This document shows, piece after piece, positions 33,661 to 48,393 of a stretch of 64,000 nucleotides of DNA. The notes below the pieces were generated by a model. That model did no database searches and was not told where the DNA came from. It saw only the letters and a program-made list of their open reading frames with translations. The first letter of the stretch is position 1; every line of letters starts with the position of its first letter. Made by a program: the position numbers and the translations under genes. The DNA is from Octopus vulgaris (Eukaryota), in NCBI GenBank assembly GCA_951406725.2, contig OX597822.1:106764001-106828000 (forward strand). Reading direction: 5' to 3'.

Positions 33661-33848
33661 GATAATAGTCATAAAAATGGTTTCTATTTTAGGTACAAAA
33701 CCAACAATTCTGATAAGAGCGTGTTAGTCGATTACATTGATCCTTGTGCATCAACTGGTATTTGAATTTATCGGCCCCGGAGGGAGGAAATGTAAAGTTG
33801 ATATCGGCCGAATTTGAATCCGGAACGCAAAGAGTCAGAAGAAATACC

Positions 33849-34239
33849 TATTTCTTTACTACCCACAAGGGGACAAACAAGGACAGAAAAACGGATTAAG
33901 TCGATTACATCGACCCCAGTGCGTAACTGGTACTTAATTTATCGATCACGAAAGGACGAAAGGCAAAGTCGACCTCGGCGGAATTTGAACTCAGAACGTA
34001 GCGGCAGACGAAATACCTATTTCTTTATTACCCACAAGAGGCTAAACACAGAGGGGACAAACAAGGACAGACATAGGTATTAAATCGATTACATCGACCC
34101 CAGTGCGTAACTGGTACTTATTTAATCGACCCTGAAAGGATGAAAGGCAAAGTCGACCACGGTGGAATTTGAACTCAGAACGTAGCGGCAGACGAAATAC
34201 CGCCAGGCATTTCGCCCGGCGTGCTACCGATTCTGCCAG
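33849..34239 (-). mobile_element. SINE-A dimer inserted into an older related SINE
   Basis: 13-bp direct repeat cagaagaaatacc at 33836-33848 and 34240-34252. The host SINE continues on both sides. Confidence 0.85.
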
Positions 34240-35622
34240 CAGAAGAAATACCGCAAGGCTTTCTTTCCGATGCTGCCATCGATTCTGTCATCTCACTGTT
34301 TACACAGACACAATGAAAGGCTTATAAAAGTTATTTGATTACATCCACGAGAATTGATTAAACTAAGCTACAGAATATGTACGATCAAAATGACAATATG
34401 GCTTTATTGTTAAAGTTGTAGAAAGATCGGCCGTACGGTGTAAATTTATCCCACAGAGACAGAATGTACAAACAGCATGCGTTACTTTGTAAAACATCTT
34501 ATAACATCACCTGATCATTATAACACCGATGTTTTAACTTTTATTAAGCCAGTTCCCTTGTGTTACCTCCTACGAAATTCCAGGTTACAGATTACAGAAA
34601 GACTAAAATTCAATATAAAATTTTATATTGGAATTTTGTACTTGATATATTGATTTGGTTGCAATGCTTTTAGAAATTAAGGAATTTCTCAACATTTACC
34701 TCTCGGAGACTTATTGAAAAGTTAAAACAAAGCAAAGAAAACAAATAAACTATAAACGAATAAAATTGGAAAGAATCTGCTGGTTTACCTCCTAAAAGAG
34801 AAAAACAAGAAAAAATTGGGAATGAAAAATAAAGAGAATTTGAAAAGATAGGAATGGAATTTCCTATCGGGGAACATGTAAGTGCACTTTAAACACACAC
34901 ATACGTACACTCGTATAGACTCAAATACATATATGTAAATATATGCGCGGGCTAAGACTACGCGCCTTCACTAGTCAGTTAAGGTGAGACAGTGTCACGT
35001 GACAACTTGCTGGGGCTGCCTGCTGGAGTCTGGGGGCAGGTATTTAAAGGGAAAAATTTAACAAGTCAGTCAGTCACCGGCTGACACTCGCTGACGATAC
35101 ATCGAAGAGGCCATGGAACAGAAGAAAGAAGTAAGAAGACATGCACCCAACACCAGAGCTCAAGACACCTCCGAAAGGGGAGCACCGTCACGTCAAAACT
35201 GTAGAGGAGTAGGGGCCGAAACTGGACGTGGTTCCTCCTGATGATGTCTTGAGCTAACTGGATCCTATAAAGGAGCTGTTGTGGTAGCAGACCACGAAAC
35301 ACGGTTGTAATTCCTCCAGAGTGAATGAAGGTACCAACACACGAAACTATCGGACCTTGAGTCACTCAGTTACTTTTGCTAAATGTTAATAATAAAATAT
35401 ATACATATTCATATTTTGAGTCCAAATGGGTGGTGGCAAATAAACGGTACCAAATAGGCTGCGCCCAAGAGTTTCTAATTTGCATACACGCACACACGAA
35501 TACAGTCAACACATATGTCTATACACACACGCATGTATGTATGTATGTATGTATGTATGTATGTATGTATGTATGTATGTATGTATGTATGTATGTATGT
35601 ATGTGTGTGTGTGTGCCAGTCT

Positions 35623-35659
<37 letters not shown>

Positions 35660-35906
35660 TAATAATAATAATAATAATAGTAATAATGAAATGGTTTCAA
35701 ATCTTGCCACAAGGGCATCAATTTTGGGGGAGGGGATGAGTCAATTACATCGACGCCAGTGTTTAACTGGTACTTATTTTATCGACCCCAAAAGGATGAA
35801 AGGTAAAGTCGACTTCGGCGGAATTTGAACTCAGAACGTAAGGACGGACGAAATGCTGCTAAGCATTTTGCCGGCGTGCGAACGATCCTGCCAGCTCGCT
35901 GCCTTC

Positions 35907-35937
<31 letters not shown>

Positions 35938-36071
35938 GTAGTAGTAGTAGTAGTAGTAGTGGTGGCGGTAGTATGGTAGTAATAGTAGTAGTAGTGGTGG
36001 TGGTAGTAATAGTAGTAGAAGTAATAGTAATAATAATAATAATGATAATAATAATAGTAATGATAATAAAG

Positions 36072-36166
<95 letters not shown>

Positions 36167-36189
36167 AATAATAATAATAATAATAATAC

Positions 36190-39100
36190 TCTGAAGTAGT
36201 AGTTGACGAGCCGAAACAGAGGTTTCAGAAAGTAGGAATGAGCCTGAAGCCGCAATGGCTGACGCATTCGCTGAAGTCACCAGAGAGAAGATACTTGAGG
36301 CAAAAAACGATATCTTCAGAGAGTTCGGTATTTCTAAACATCTAGAAATGAACGAGATCAATAACCAAAGTTTCAGAACACCAAATCAAATCGCTGTCCA
36401 GTCAAAATATATGACTATGTCATGAAGCAGCTTCCCCCTGAAACTGAGACAAATTTAATTTCATTAACCCATTTTATATACTCAACATCTATTGTTGCCA
36501 CAAAGAATATAGGCGCCAGGGATAAAATAAAAGTTTCCTAAAAAAAAAAAAAATACGAACCGCCAAGATGGAAAGAACTCGTAAATAAGGAAATTCAGAG
36601 CTTCCGATGGGAATTATCGATCTTAGATGAATTCTCCAAAGGAGGTAATGTAAAGACGAGAATGGCTAGAAAGATGAAGCGAATGTACAATCTGATGAAC
36701 ATGAATGAAGTCCCTGGAGCAAAAGAGATAGTTAAGCAAAAGGTTAAGGTTAAGGCCTATTGCTTGCGCAGATATGAAAAGAGAAATAAATTTTATTGAT
36801 AAAATAAAATATTTAAAACACATGCTAAGAAATTCTACAGAGTTAGGGAAACCGTCGTTCTCAGAAAAAGACTCACCTGATATGAAATAAGTAGTGACAT
36901 TCTGGAATAGCATATGGAGAGCTGGGAGGGAATTTAATAAGGAAGCAGACCAGACAGGGAGAGAAGAAGAAAAAAATGGCTGAGAGTGAAGAACAGGAAT
37001 GGTAGGATATTAACTCTGGAAGTCTGGACATGATAAAATCCCAAACCGTTGACTGAATAGCATCTCTTCATTACACCGTCAGTCAATGGAATGTTTCTTT
37101 GCTATCATCAGAAACCATGAAAAAACTCGAAGCGGGTTCACATTAGGGATAACATACCTACTCCGTAAAAGGAGTGAAACAAAAGCTCAAAAAAGCTAAA
37201 GGCAGATCACTTGTTTGACAACTATGTATAAAATACTTACATCCATTCTCACCGAGTGGATGTACCAATTACTCGATAAAAACAACATCATTTTTCTTGA
37301 ACAAAAAGTATGCAAAAAAAACTCATAAGGCTACAAAGACCAGCTATTAATAAGTCGTATGATATTCGAAAATTGCTCATCGAAAAAAGAAACATTAGTA
37401 CAGCACAGATTCACTGTCGTAAGGCGTTCGACAGTGTCCTATATAGCTAGATCTTAAAATCACTAAAAATATACAAGATCACTCTTTTCGTGAAAAGTTT
37501 AGTGCGACATAATATGATAATGTAGAAGACGAAATGGTTTCTCAATCACGAAAATAGTTTGATTGTCTGAAAGAGTACCAAAATAGATCGTAGAATTCTC
37601 CAGGGCAATTCACTCTCCCCTATTCTGCCTTTCCCCATTTCTCTTGTATCACGAGTTGACTAGAACAAATTACAGATACAAAATGTTTGATAAGATCATC
37701 TCACACTTAATCTACATGGATGATCTGAAATTATATGCAAAAAATGACAAGGATCTGAAAATGCTACTGGTAACTAAAAAGAATTAATTGATGACATCAA
37801 TATAGAATTTGGCTTTGTTAAGTGTGTAAAAGCTACATTAAAACGGGGTAAAATGATAGCTAATACCTCAACCCAAGTTAATAATGATACAAGGATCTGG
37901 AGCAAGAAGGCTTTTATAAATATATTGGGATCAAGATATATCAGTATGGTCCTGAACATTGAGCTGAACTGCCAGAACAGAATTGAAGCTTTTAACTCTC
38001 TGGCAGTACCAGTTGTCCAGTATAGCCATAATTATCATTAACTGGAATTTGAATGAACACCAAACTATGGACATAAAATCCAAGAAACTGTTGACATTAA
38101 ACATGATGCATAAACCAAAATCAGACGCCAACAGGATCTACTTCCACAAAAAGACAGTAGAGGCCTAATCCAACTTGAAACGTCCTATAAAACAACCACG
38201 ATGGGACTTCAAATGCATTTACAAAGTAACACCGACTGGACGATACAGCTGGTAAGACAACACAAACAGGGTAAGGAACCGCACTCAGCCTCAAAGGAGG
38301 CTTATAAATACAGACGAAAACTTAACCTCCCTGATCATGATGATGGTAATAAGGACATGCCACACACTAAAGCAGCAAAAAAGTGTAAGAAAGCTTGAAG
38401 GGAATATCGTGACTGTAGCAACAAAATCCATTGGCAATAGTCTAAACGAGCTGGGAGCTGAAATAGATATGAGAAGAACCCATCAATGTGCTGCAGAGAA
38501 TCGGTTTGAAAGCCGAAACAAGGATTTATCTTAACGGTACAAGATCAGAGTCTCTTCAAGCGGAACCATCAAGCTAATTCTATTGTGTCTGGGGAGAGTC
38601 ATTTTCTTTTTGTACATGTAACACACTCACCGGTAAAATTTCCACTTATTTCTTATCGTTATTTTCCTAAACTTTTCGTTGCGTGTTGCAACCTTTTCAA
38701 TAGTTTTAACTCTCAAAACTATTGAAAAGGTTGCAAGACGCAACGAAAATTGGAAAGTGGAAATTTTACCGGTGAATGTGTTACATAATAAGGCACAAAA
38801 AGAAAATCACTCTCCCCAGACACAATAGAATATGCTTCAACACACGAACAAATATAAAGAATCTTGGAAACCAAATCCAAAAACGAAATGTCAAGCTAAT
38901 GTCTTGCACAATGGGGCAGATACAGAGTACAGACTCTGCGATGACAAACTTGAGAGCATTGGCCATATTGTTGCCGGTTGTTCATTCCTTGCCCCTAAAA
39001 GCAGGCATGATTGAGTTGGCCAATACTTGCACTGGAGCATATGCCGCCACTCTGATATCCCACACTCTAAGAACTGGTATGAGTACCATCCACAGCCAGT

Positions 39101-39530
39101 CACTGAGAGAGTGAATGTTACTATCCTATGGAATTATGGGATACATACAGACAGGCAAAGAAAAGCTAACATGCCAGACATCATCATCAAAGATATAAGG
39201 CAAAAAAAACAAACATTCCCGTTGATTTATATAACGGCGTCAGCTGATAGAAAGATCTCAGTAAAAGAAATTGAAAAACTATCGAAATACAAGAACCTTG
39301 AGATATCTAGGACGTGGTAATCAAAAACTAGAACTTTCCCTGTTGTTGTGGGTGCTCTGGAAATGATCAAGGAAGGAACCGATAAATCTTTTTGACCAAA
39401 TTCCAGGGAAACCAAAAATCTACAAGTTCCAAACAAAATTGTGCTGACTTCAACCGCCCACCTTCTCAGGAAGTTTTTCTCCATCAAAAATATACGTGCC
39501 TTTGGCCTCTGGTTGAGACTCAATCAAACG
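36190..39530 (+). mobile_element. Decayed R4/Dong-type non-LTR retrotransposon (RT plus restriction-like endonuclease)
   Basis: KAFDSV, ILQGNSLSP, HLIYMDDLKLYAK, then LCDDKLESIGHIVAGC...RHD, PDIII, KLSKYKNL. Many stops. Starts right after (TAA)n, the known Dong target type. Confidence 0.85.
38577..38831. mobile_element. Palindromic MITE inserted in the R4/Dong element
   Basis: attctattgtgtctggggagag ... ctctccccagacacaatagaat. Almost the whole element is a hairpin. Confidence 0.85.
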
Positions 39531-39686
39531 AATAATGGTAATGGTAATGGTAATGGTGATGATGATGGTGATGGTAATGGTGATGATGGTGATGATGGTG
39601 ATGATGGTGATGATGGTGATGATGGTGATGGTGATGGTGATGGTGATGGTGATGATGATGATGATGATGATGATGATGACGATGAC

Positions 39687-39731
<45 letters not shown>

Positions 39732-39744
39732 AAAAATAAAGGAT

Positions 39745-40545
39745 TCATATAGGCAGCACAAGATCAAAGCTAGCTTACCAGAAACTACCAGGTTAATGTT
39801 CTTCAAAATAACTAACTCCGACCGTAAATGCAGATTCTGCAACTCATAGACCATTTCGTTTCGGGATGTCCTATGCTGACACCAAACGAATACAAACATC
39901 GCCACGATAGGGTAGGACAGTATTTACATTGGAAAATCTGTAAACACTACAAAATCGACACACCTGCTTACTGGTATGTAATCATCCTGAGCCGGTTGTT
40001 GAAGGTAAAAATATCACTATCCTCTGGGATTTTCCAATCAACACCGACAGAATGATTCAGGATAATCGATCAGACATAATTATTAAAGGCAGGGGAAAAA
40101 TACTTCTAGACTAATAGATGTAAGAGTTTCCACTGATAAAAATATATCTGTAAAGGAATTTGATAAATTAAGTAAATATAAGGACCTGGAAACTGAAATA
40201 CAAAAGATGTGGCATCTTAAAGCGAGAACTGTTCCTGTTATTGTAGGTGCCCAAGGTAGGATAAAAAAGGGATGTCAGAAACATCTAGATAACATCCCAG
40301 GAGAATACTGTCTCAGAGAAATCCAAAAGACTGTGCTGACATGTACTGCCCACATCCTTAGAAAACTCTATCAATTTAAACGTCTGTGTTGTATTACATG
40401 AAGATATTTCGCTACTGCCCTTGTCCCTTTCCCTCGCCAAGCTTTCAGTCATACTATAACATCTCTCATCCTTCACTCGCCTTAATACGCTGGGTGTGTC
40501 TCGGCAAGTGACTGCAACAAATATGCAGATTAAAAGTAAGCAGCA
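39745..40545 (+). mobile_element. Second R4/Dong 3' fragment (zinc knuckle plus REL endonuclease)
   Basis: KCRFC...IDHFVSGCPMLTPNEYKHRHDRVGQYLHWKIC, DKLSKYKDLETEIQKMWHLKARTVPVIVGA. Confidence 0.85.
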
Positions 40546-41132
40546 ACAGCAACAACAACAATAATAATTGTCTCAAATTTTGTCTCAAAGGCCAACAATT
40601 TCGTGGGAGGGGGTAAGCCGATTACAGAGTTAAATTGATACTCATTTTATCGACTCTGAAAGGATGAAAGGCAAAGTCGACCACGGCGAAATTTGAACTT
40701 ATAATGTGAAGACGGAAAAATGCCGCGAAGCAGTGCACCCGCTGTGCTAACGATTCCACCAGCTCGCCTTATCGTTAGTATTATTATTAATAACAGTACT
40801 GCTGTAAATAGTTGCAGTAATAGTCATAACAATAACAACAACTATATAATAATAATAACGTGTGTAATAAAAATAATAATAACATATATATTCATATAAA
40901 ATAGAATAATAAATATTTCTTTCTAGAGCCATGTCGGGCTCATGTGGGCTGCCTTCTGGTTTCAATGGCGTATGTATTGCCCACCTGAGTGGACAGGAAC
41001 AACTGAGTGGACTGGAGCAACGTGAAGTAAAGTGTTTTGCTCAAGAACACAATGCATCGCCCGGTCCTGGAATCGAAACAACAATCTTATGATCATGAGT
41101 CGAATACCCTAACCATTAAGCCACACGTCTTC

Positions 41133-41182
<50 letters not shown>

Positions 41183-41183
41183 T

Positions 41184-41247
<64 letters not shown>

Positions 41248-41431
41248 TACATATATATATAGGTGTATATATGTATATATATACATACATATATATTTAT
41301 GTAAACAGACACACATACACACCACACATATCTATATGAATTTGTATGTTTGTGTGGCGTGCGTTTATGTGTACGGGCGCACGTGTATATGACTGTAACT
41401 GAGTACGCGTGTTTAACTAAGAACCGATGGA

Positions 41432-41466
<35 letters not shown>

Positions 41467-43021
41467 CATAGATACAGAGAAGCTGATGCCATTTCGTATT
41501 GTACAAGAAGGGCTGTTTCGTTCACTTGACAGATTCCATTCAGCCTTAATCGCACAATATTGCAGCTGCTGTTACAGTTTGCAGTTGCACCATTGTGCAC
41601 CTACCAAGTATTTCGTTAGACGACAGCACCGCTGCAACGAAGTCTTTACAACAGAGACGAATGAGTTATCTGACCAGGTCAATCTGACCTCCGCTCTGGA
41701 CAAATCAAGATGAAAATTTATAGCGAAAGCTTGTCCAAACTAGAAGCCGACCTAGGCGTTATTTTTTTCATGTTTTTCTCAGTTTGTGGTATACTTATGT
41801 GGTTATGGAGATCAGCGTGCTACTCCGTGGTCCCAGGTTCCGTGCCATCGAGTGGCATCTTTGAAAAGAATCTTGTACAATAGCCTCAGGTCGACTAATG
41901 CCCTGTATGTGGAATTGGTCGGCGCAAACTGTGCGGAAGCCCGTTGTATACATACATGCAAGCATACCTATTTCTTTACTACCCACAAGGAGCTAAACAC
42001 AGAGGGAACAAACAAACAAGGACAGATAAACAGATTAAATCGATTATATCGACCCCAGTGCGTAACTGGCATTTATTTAATCGACCCCGAAAGGATGAAT
42101 GGCAAAGTCGACCTTGGCGGAATTTGAACTCAGAACGTAGCGGCAGACGAAATACTGCTAAGCATTTCTCCCGGCATGCTAACGTTTCTGCCATCTCGCC
42201 TACCTACCAACCTACCTACCTACCTACCTACCTACCCATCTACACACACACACATAAACACACATAAACATACACACACACACACAGAGGTAAATTTAGA
42301 GATCGAAAATAAAAACATTAAAGAAGGGAAGATTGTTAAATTAGGGGCCGCTTAAAGCTTCATTTGAGGTACCAGATAAACCCACATCGCAACAGGAAAT
42401 AAGGAAATGCAACTCTGTTCAACATGCTACTTCGAAGAGAAGACCTGAAAGAGAATTTGAAATTTAAACCTATCATACTAAGGGCGGGCCCCAGTATAAT
42501 ACAGCCTCGGAGTAAAAGCACTAAAAGTAAAAGTAACACGCACACACACACATACACATGCATAACACATGCGCACTCAAACACACACACACACACAGAT
42601 ATATATGCAGGCACACATGTGTGTGTGTATATGTGAGCGTGCGTGTGTGTATGTATGCTTCTATCTCTGTCTATTATCTGTCTTTGCGTTAGCACATTAT
42701 GAAAAACCCATATCTTAGCGCGTCTAGGAAAAGATCGCTGAAATAATACCAGAACAAAAGATTAGTTTTGAGGGTGGGGTAGTGGCGATATAATTGACTG
42801 CAACCCTTGAAGGCGGTTTTCAGTACGGCTGCACACCAGGGACAGAAGCAAGTGAAGGATTACAAGAATAAAAGAAAGCAATACAAAGCTAAAACCCTCA
42901 ATATTACCACTAATGCTACACTCCTCCACTACGGAAAAACTTTCCTAGGGAAAGGACGTCCTTAAACGTAGGATCACAGTGACTGACCATTTTCTTCAGG
43001 CCCAGAAAATACTTAATTTCT

Positions 43022-43430
43022 TATTTCTTTATTGCCCACAAGGGGCTAAACATAAGAGTGAACAAACAAGGACAGACAAACGGATTAAGTCGATTATATC
43101 GACCCCAGTGCGTAACTGGTACTTAATTTATCGACCCCGAAAGGATGAAAGGCAAAGTCGACCTCGGCGGAATTTGAACTCAGAACGTAACGGCAGACGA
43201 AATACCTATTTCTTTATTACCCATAAGGGGCTAAACACAGAGGGGACAAACAAGGACAGACATAGGTATTAAGTCGATTACATCGACCCAGTGCGTAACT
43301 GGTACTTAATTTATCGACCCCGAAAGGATGAAAGGCAAAGTCGACCTCGGCGGAATTTGAACTCAGAACGTAACGGCAGCCGAAATACGGCTACGCATTT
43401 CGCCCGACGTGCTAACGTTTCTGCCAGTTC
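43022..43430 (-). mobile_element. SINE-A dimer
   Basis: Internal junction gaaatacctatttc near 43200. Similar multimers at 45855-46187, 48170-48790 and 54941-55356. Confidence 0.85.
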
Positions 43431-43813
43431 AACTTTTATCGGTCCTCTATAACAATTCCCAGTATCTCACTACAATCATTGGGTTTTTGTTTTTAGTTCC
43501 ATGTCACCACTCATGGAGAAGATCTTTGATCTAAAGCTCTCCAGCCATGTCTATCCCATTTCTCTTTTTTTTCCTATGTACAAGGAAAACAAAAAGAAAA
43601 AAAATATTATCTGAGAAAAAATATGGCTGCTATTTTTTGACTAACGAGCAACCACCAAGAAGCACGCTTGTTGGCTTGCAAAAACATCGTTAAATGTAAC
43701 CGCATTCATGCATGCACAGACGCACAGACGTGTGTATGCGTGTACGTATATCCTTTGAACAACACACACACACGCTCGCACGCACGCACACACACATACA
43801 CACACATACACAT

Positions 43814-43865
<52 letters not shown>

Positions 43866-44161
43866 AGAGACTCACTCGTGTTGCCATTTACTTGAACTTT
43901 GTGTGGCTAGACATAAGTGGTATATTGATCTTGTTGGACACGTTTAGTCAAGATAAAACTGACGGATTTCATTGTTGGTTTTGCTAAGAAGGGAAACTTG
44001 TAATAAAATATTGACTTTATCTGAAGGAGGGCAAGTGGATTAACAAGCCAGTCTGCCTGGCTGTCTGTTTACTGTATGTGCATACATACATACATATATG
44101 TGTGAGTATATATATATATATATATGTATGTATATACATATATATATGAAATGTCTGTTTA

Positions 44162-44215
<54 letters not shown>

Positions 44216-45322
44216 CATCCATCTGCCAATTAGCATATCTACCTACCTACCACCTACCTACCCACCTACCTACCTACATACATACCTACCTACCTACCTA
44301 CCTACATACATACATACATACCTACCTACCTACCTACCTACCTACCTACCTACCTACCTACCTACATACATACATACATACCTACCTACCTACCTACATA
44401 CCTACCTACAAACCTACCTACAAACCTATCTATCTATCTAGCTATCTATCTATCTATACATAATACATACATATATTTATATGTGTATATATACACACAC
44501 ACATTTATAAATATATATGTGAATATATATGTAAGTGTGTGTGCGCTTGTGTTTGTGTTTGCCTGACACCTCCACTTCACAATCGGTGTTGGTTTGTTTA
44601 AGCCCCTGTAAACTTAGCAGTCGGGCAAAAAGAGACCAATAGAATAAATGGTAGGCTTAAGAAATGTAAGTACTGGTGTTTGGTTGTTTGTTAGTTTGGT
44701 TGGTTGGTTAAATTCATTCGATAATATCCAACAAGACGGTGCTCCAGCATGGCCGCTGATCAATGAGCATAACAAGTAAGAGATTTAAAGAAAGATTAAC
44801 CTTAACAAAGGATTATGCTGAAGTATGGGGTTTAGATTGTTTAGGCATACGAGTATGAAATAGGAGTTTGATGTAGAAACGTAGAGACTGCAACACTGCG
44901 AATTCTGCTTGACCTTTAGGTGTTCAATGAAATAATCCAGAATTGCCTACTGATGGAATAACACATAATTAAGTACAGCGAAACAACCAACGAAGAATCG
45001 AAATCCTACGAAATGTCTGTGACAAATGCTCGATTTGAATATAATTGAGACTGTCTGAGAAAGTTTCAAAGAAGACGAGGAAGAAATTGCAGACGAAAAT
45101 CAAAATACGATTAAGTGAAAGTAAGTCTATAGCGTTGTAAAGATTTGACAATGAAATAATGAAAGTGAGTCAATAGTAAATAATGATAAATATTAGAAGA
45201 GAGTTTCGTAACAGAATTACTGCTGCTGTGATTTTAAAGACGTTTGTCAAAGTCAATAGGAATTACATAACATTTGCAGAAGACACACAAAGAGGTTTAT
45301 GTGTGTGTATACATATATGTGT

Positions 45323-45354
<32 letters not shown>

Positions 45355-45438
45355 ACATACGTGTATACGTGTATATTCACAAAAATGTTCACCCATGCAT
45401 ATACATGCAGATTTGCGCATAAATATTTAGTCATGTAA

Positions 45439-45481
<43 letters not shown>

Positions 45482-45529
45482 ATTACACTCAAACACAGAT
45501 GTATATACATAAAAGCATACATATATACC

Positions 45530-45587
<58 letters not shown>

Positions 45588-46875
45588 CGTGTGTGTGTGT
45601 GTGCGTGTGTAGAGGGGAGGTGCAATGGCCCAGCGGTTAGGGCAGCGGACTCGCGGTCGTAGGATCGAGGTTTCGATTCCCAGACTGGGCGTTGTGAGTG
45701 TTTATTGAGCGAAAACACGTAAAGCTCCTTGAGGCTCCGGCAGGGGGAGGTGGAGATCCCTGCTGTACTCTTTCGCCACAACTTTCTCTCACTCTTTCTT
45801 CTGTTGGCCTGCTCGCTTAGCCTGCGGGGTGGCGTCATTTCAAGGCTAAAACAATGCGTAACTGGTACTTAATTTATCGACCCCGAAAGGATGAAAGGCA
45901 AAGTCATCCTCGGCGGAATTTGAAGTCAGAACGTAAAGACAAACGAAATACCTATTTCTTTACTACCCACAAGGGGCTGAACACAGAGAAGACAAACAAG
46001 GACAGACAAACGGATTAAGTCGATTATATCGACACCAGTGCGTAACTGGTACTTATTTAATCGACCCCGAAAAGATGAAAGGCAAAGTCGACCTCGGCGG
46101 AATTTGAACACAGAACGTAGCGGCAGACGAAATGCCGCTAAGCATTTCGCCCAGCATGCTAACGTTTCTGCCAGCTCGCCGCCTTCTTAAAATATTTTCT
46201 GATTCACTTTTACGTAGGCCTTGTTGTCAACCTATAGTATGTAGGGGTCTTATTTTGGCGTACACTGTATTAAGACTTTCGCGTCACGAGAAAGACATAG
46301 AAGGCAAGCACGACAGAAAACTTAAACGGGGAGTACAAACCTTATACCGATGACTACAGCACAATGGTAGCCATGATGAGAAACCAAATCAAAGAAAGGT
46401 TTATATCGAACACTGCATGATAATGACTGGTAGCGGGTGAGAGTGATTGTGGTGGGTGTTTGCGTATCGCTATGGGTTGATGGATGGCTTTGGGTGGTGA
46501 AACCAAGTTAGAAGAAAAGGTCTTTTATAGTCAAGTCAGCAACATAATGACAGTTGCGAAGGACTCGAGTGGATGGTGATGGTGGTGGTGGTTGGTAATG
46601 GTAGTGTGGAAACCATACTAATATGAATGGCTTTTATCCAAAGAAGTCTTGTGACACACGCGGCGTCTTTCATTGAATGATTGAAATCGATATCGAAATG
46701 ACAAAACAATCAACACCGATTGTTGCCAATTGTTGAAGTTTTAACGCTTTGAAATCAACAAAAGGATCTTTTTATTAACAGATGAGTGACTCACTTAGAT
46801 CTTGGTTGTTGAACTATCCGATAAAATATTCACCCGAGCTCTAAAACGATTTACATAAATTCTCTTCACCCACCG

Positions 46876-46916
<41 letters not shown>

Positions 46917-47109
46917 TACACAATGTACGTGGTCACATAATCTGCTAGAAACATCAGCCATAATTCATTGTCTAAAGAAAAAAAGAATATAATTAATGAC
47001 TACTGCAGAGAAGAAGAATGTCTAAAAAATATGAGACGGGATGGTCATGGCTGGAATGACTTTGATTATAACTTTTTCTCGATGGGGGGGGGGGGGCCGA
47101 TTTGGGGCT

Positions 47110-47690
47110 GACCACCACCACCACTACAACCACCACCAACACCACCACCACCACCACAACCCCCACCACAACTACCAGCAGCACCACCACCACCAGCACC
47201 GCCCCCACAACCAGAACCAGAACCACCACCACCACCACCACCGCCCCCCCCCCAACCACCACAACCACAATCACCACTACCACCACCACCACCAGCACCA
47301 CCCCACAACCACAACCAGAACCACCACCACCACCACCACCACCACCACTACCACAATCACCACTACCACCACCACCACCACCACCAGCACCGCCCCCACC
47401 ACCACCACCACCAGAACCATCACCACCACCACCACCACTACCAGCAGCAGCACCACCACCACTACCACAACCACCACTACCACCACCAACACCATCACCA
47501 CCACAAGCACCACCACCACTACCACAATCACCACCACCACAACCACAACCAGAACCACCACCACCACCACCACCACCACCACCACCACCACCACCACCAC
47601 CACCAGCACCACCACTACCAGCAGCAGCACCACCACCACTACCACAACCACCACCACCATCACCAGCACCATCACCACCAGCATTATCAG
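47110..47690. repeat. (CCA)n-based compound microsatellite
   Basis: Direct reading. Similar trinucleotide fields at 32110-32325, 32990-33660, 35907-36188, 39532-39731 and 52208-52610. Confidence 0.95.
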
Positions 47691-48393
47691 CAACTCTGTG
47701 TATCTCCGTGTCTTTTATTCCTTCTGCTTCTCCTCTACCCTCTCCTCATTCTCTCTCCTCCAGCAATTCTTAAGGAGACAGAATCATTCACTCTAAAAAC
47801 TATTACTCACACTCCAAACTCTGACTGACAACTAATAACTTCTCAGATGAACTGGTCACGGTTGGAATGTCATTCAGCTTAGATCTACCGGGTCATGTTG
47901 ACCTCGTGCTGAACAACAACAATTGTCATTACGGCAATTAAGTGCTACTAATTAACACTGTATCACTAATACGTTTATTCTAATGACATTAGTATCAAGA
48001 CGGAGGCTTTAATCTTTTATCTTTCACTTGTTTCTCTCATTAGTCTGCGGCCATGCTGGGGCACCGTCTTGAAGAATTTTCAGTCGAATGAATCGACCTC
48101 GGTATTTAGTTTTTCCTAAAGCTTGATACTTATTCTATCGGTCTGTTTGGCCGAACCGATTATTTATTTATTTCTTTACTACCCACAAGGGGCTAAGCTA
48201 AACACAGAGGGGACAAACAAGAACAGACAAACGGATTAAGTCGATTATATCGACTCCAGTGCGAAACTGGTACTTTATTTATCGACCCCGAAAGGATGAA
48301 AGGCGAAGTCGATCTCGGCGGAATTTGAACTCAGAACGTAACGGCAGGCGAAATACCTATTTCTTTACTACCCACAAGGGGACAAACAAGGAC

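Noticed and set aside
47041-47796. Mucin-, extensin- or His-rich protein exon
   Set aside because: A (CCA)n field that is open in most frames, with no splice support.
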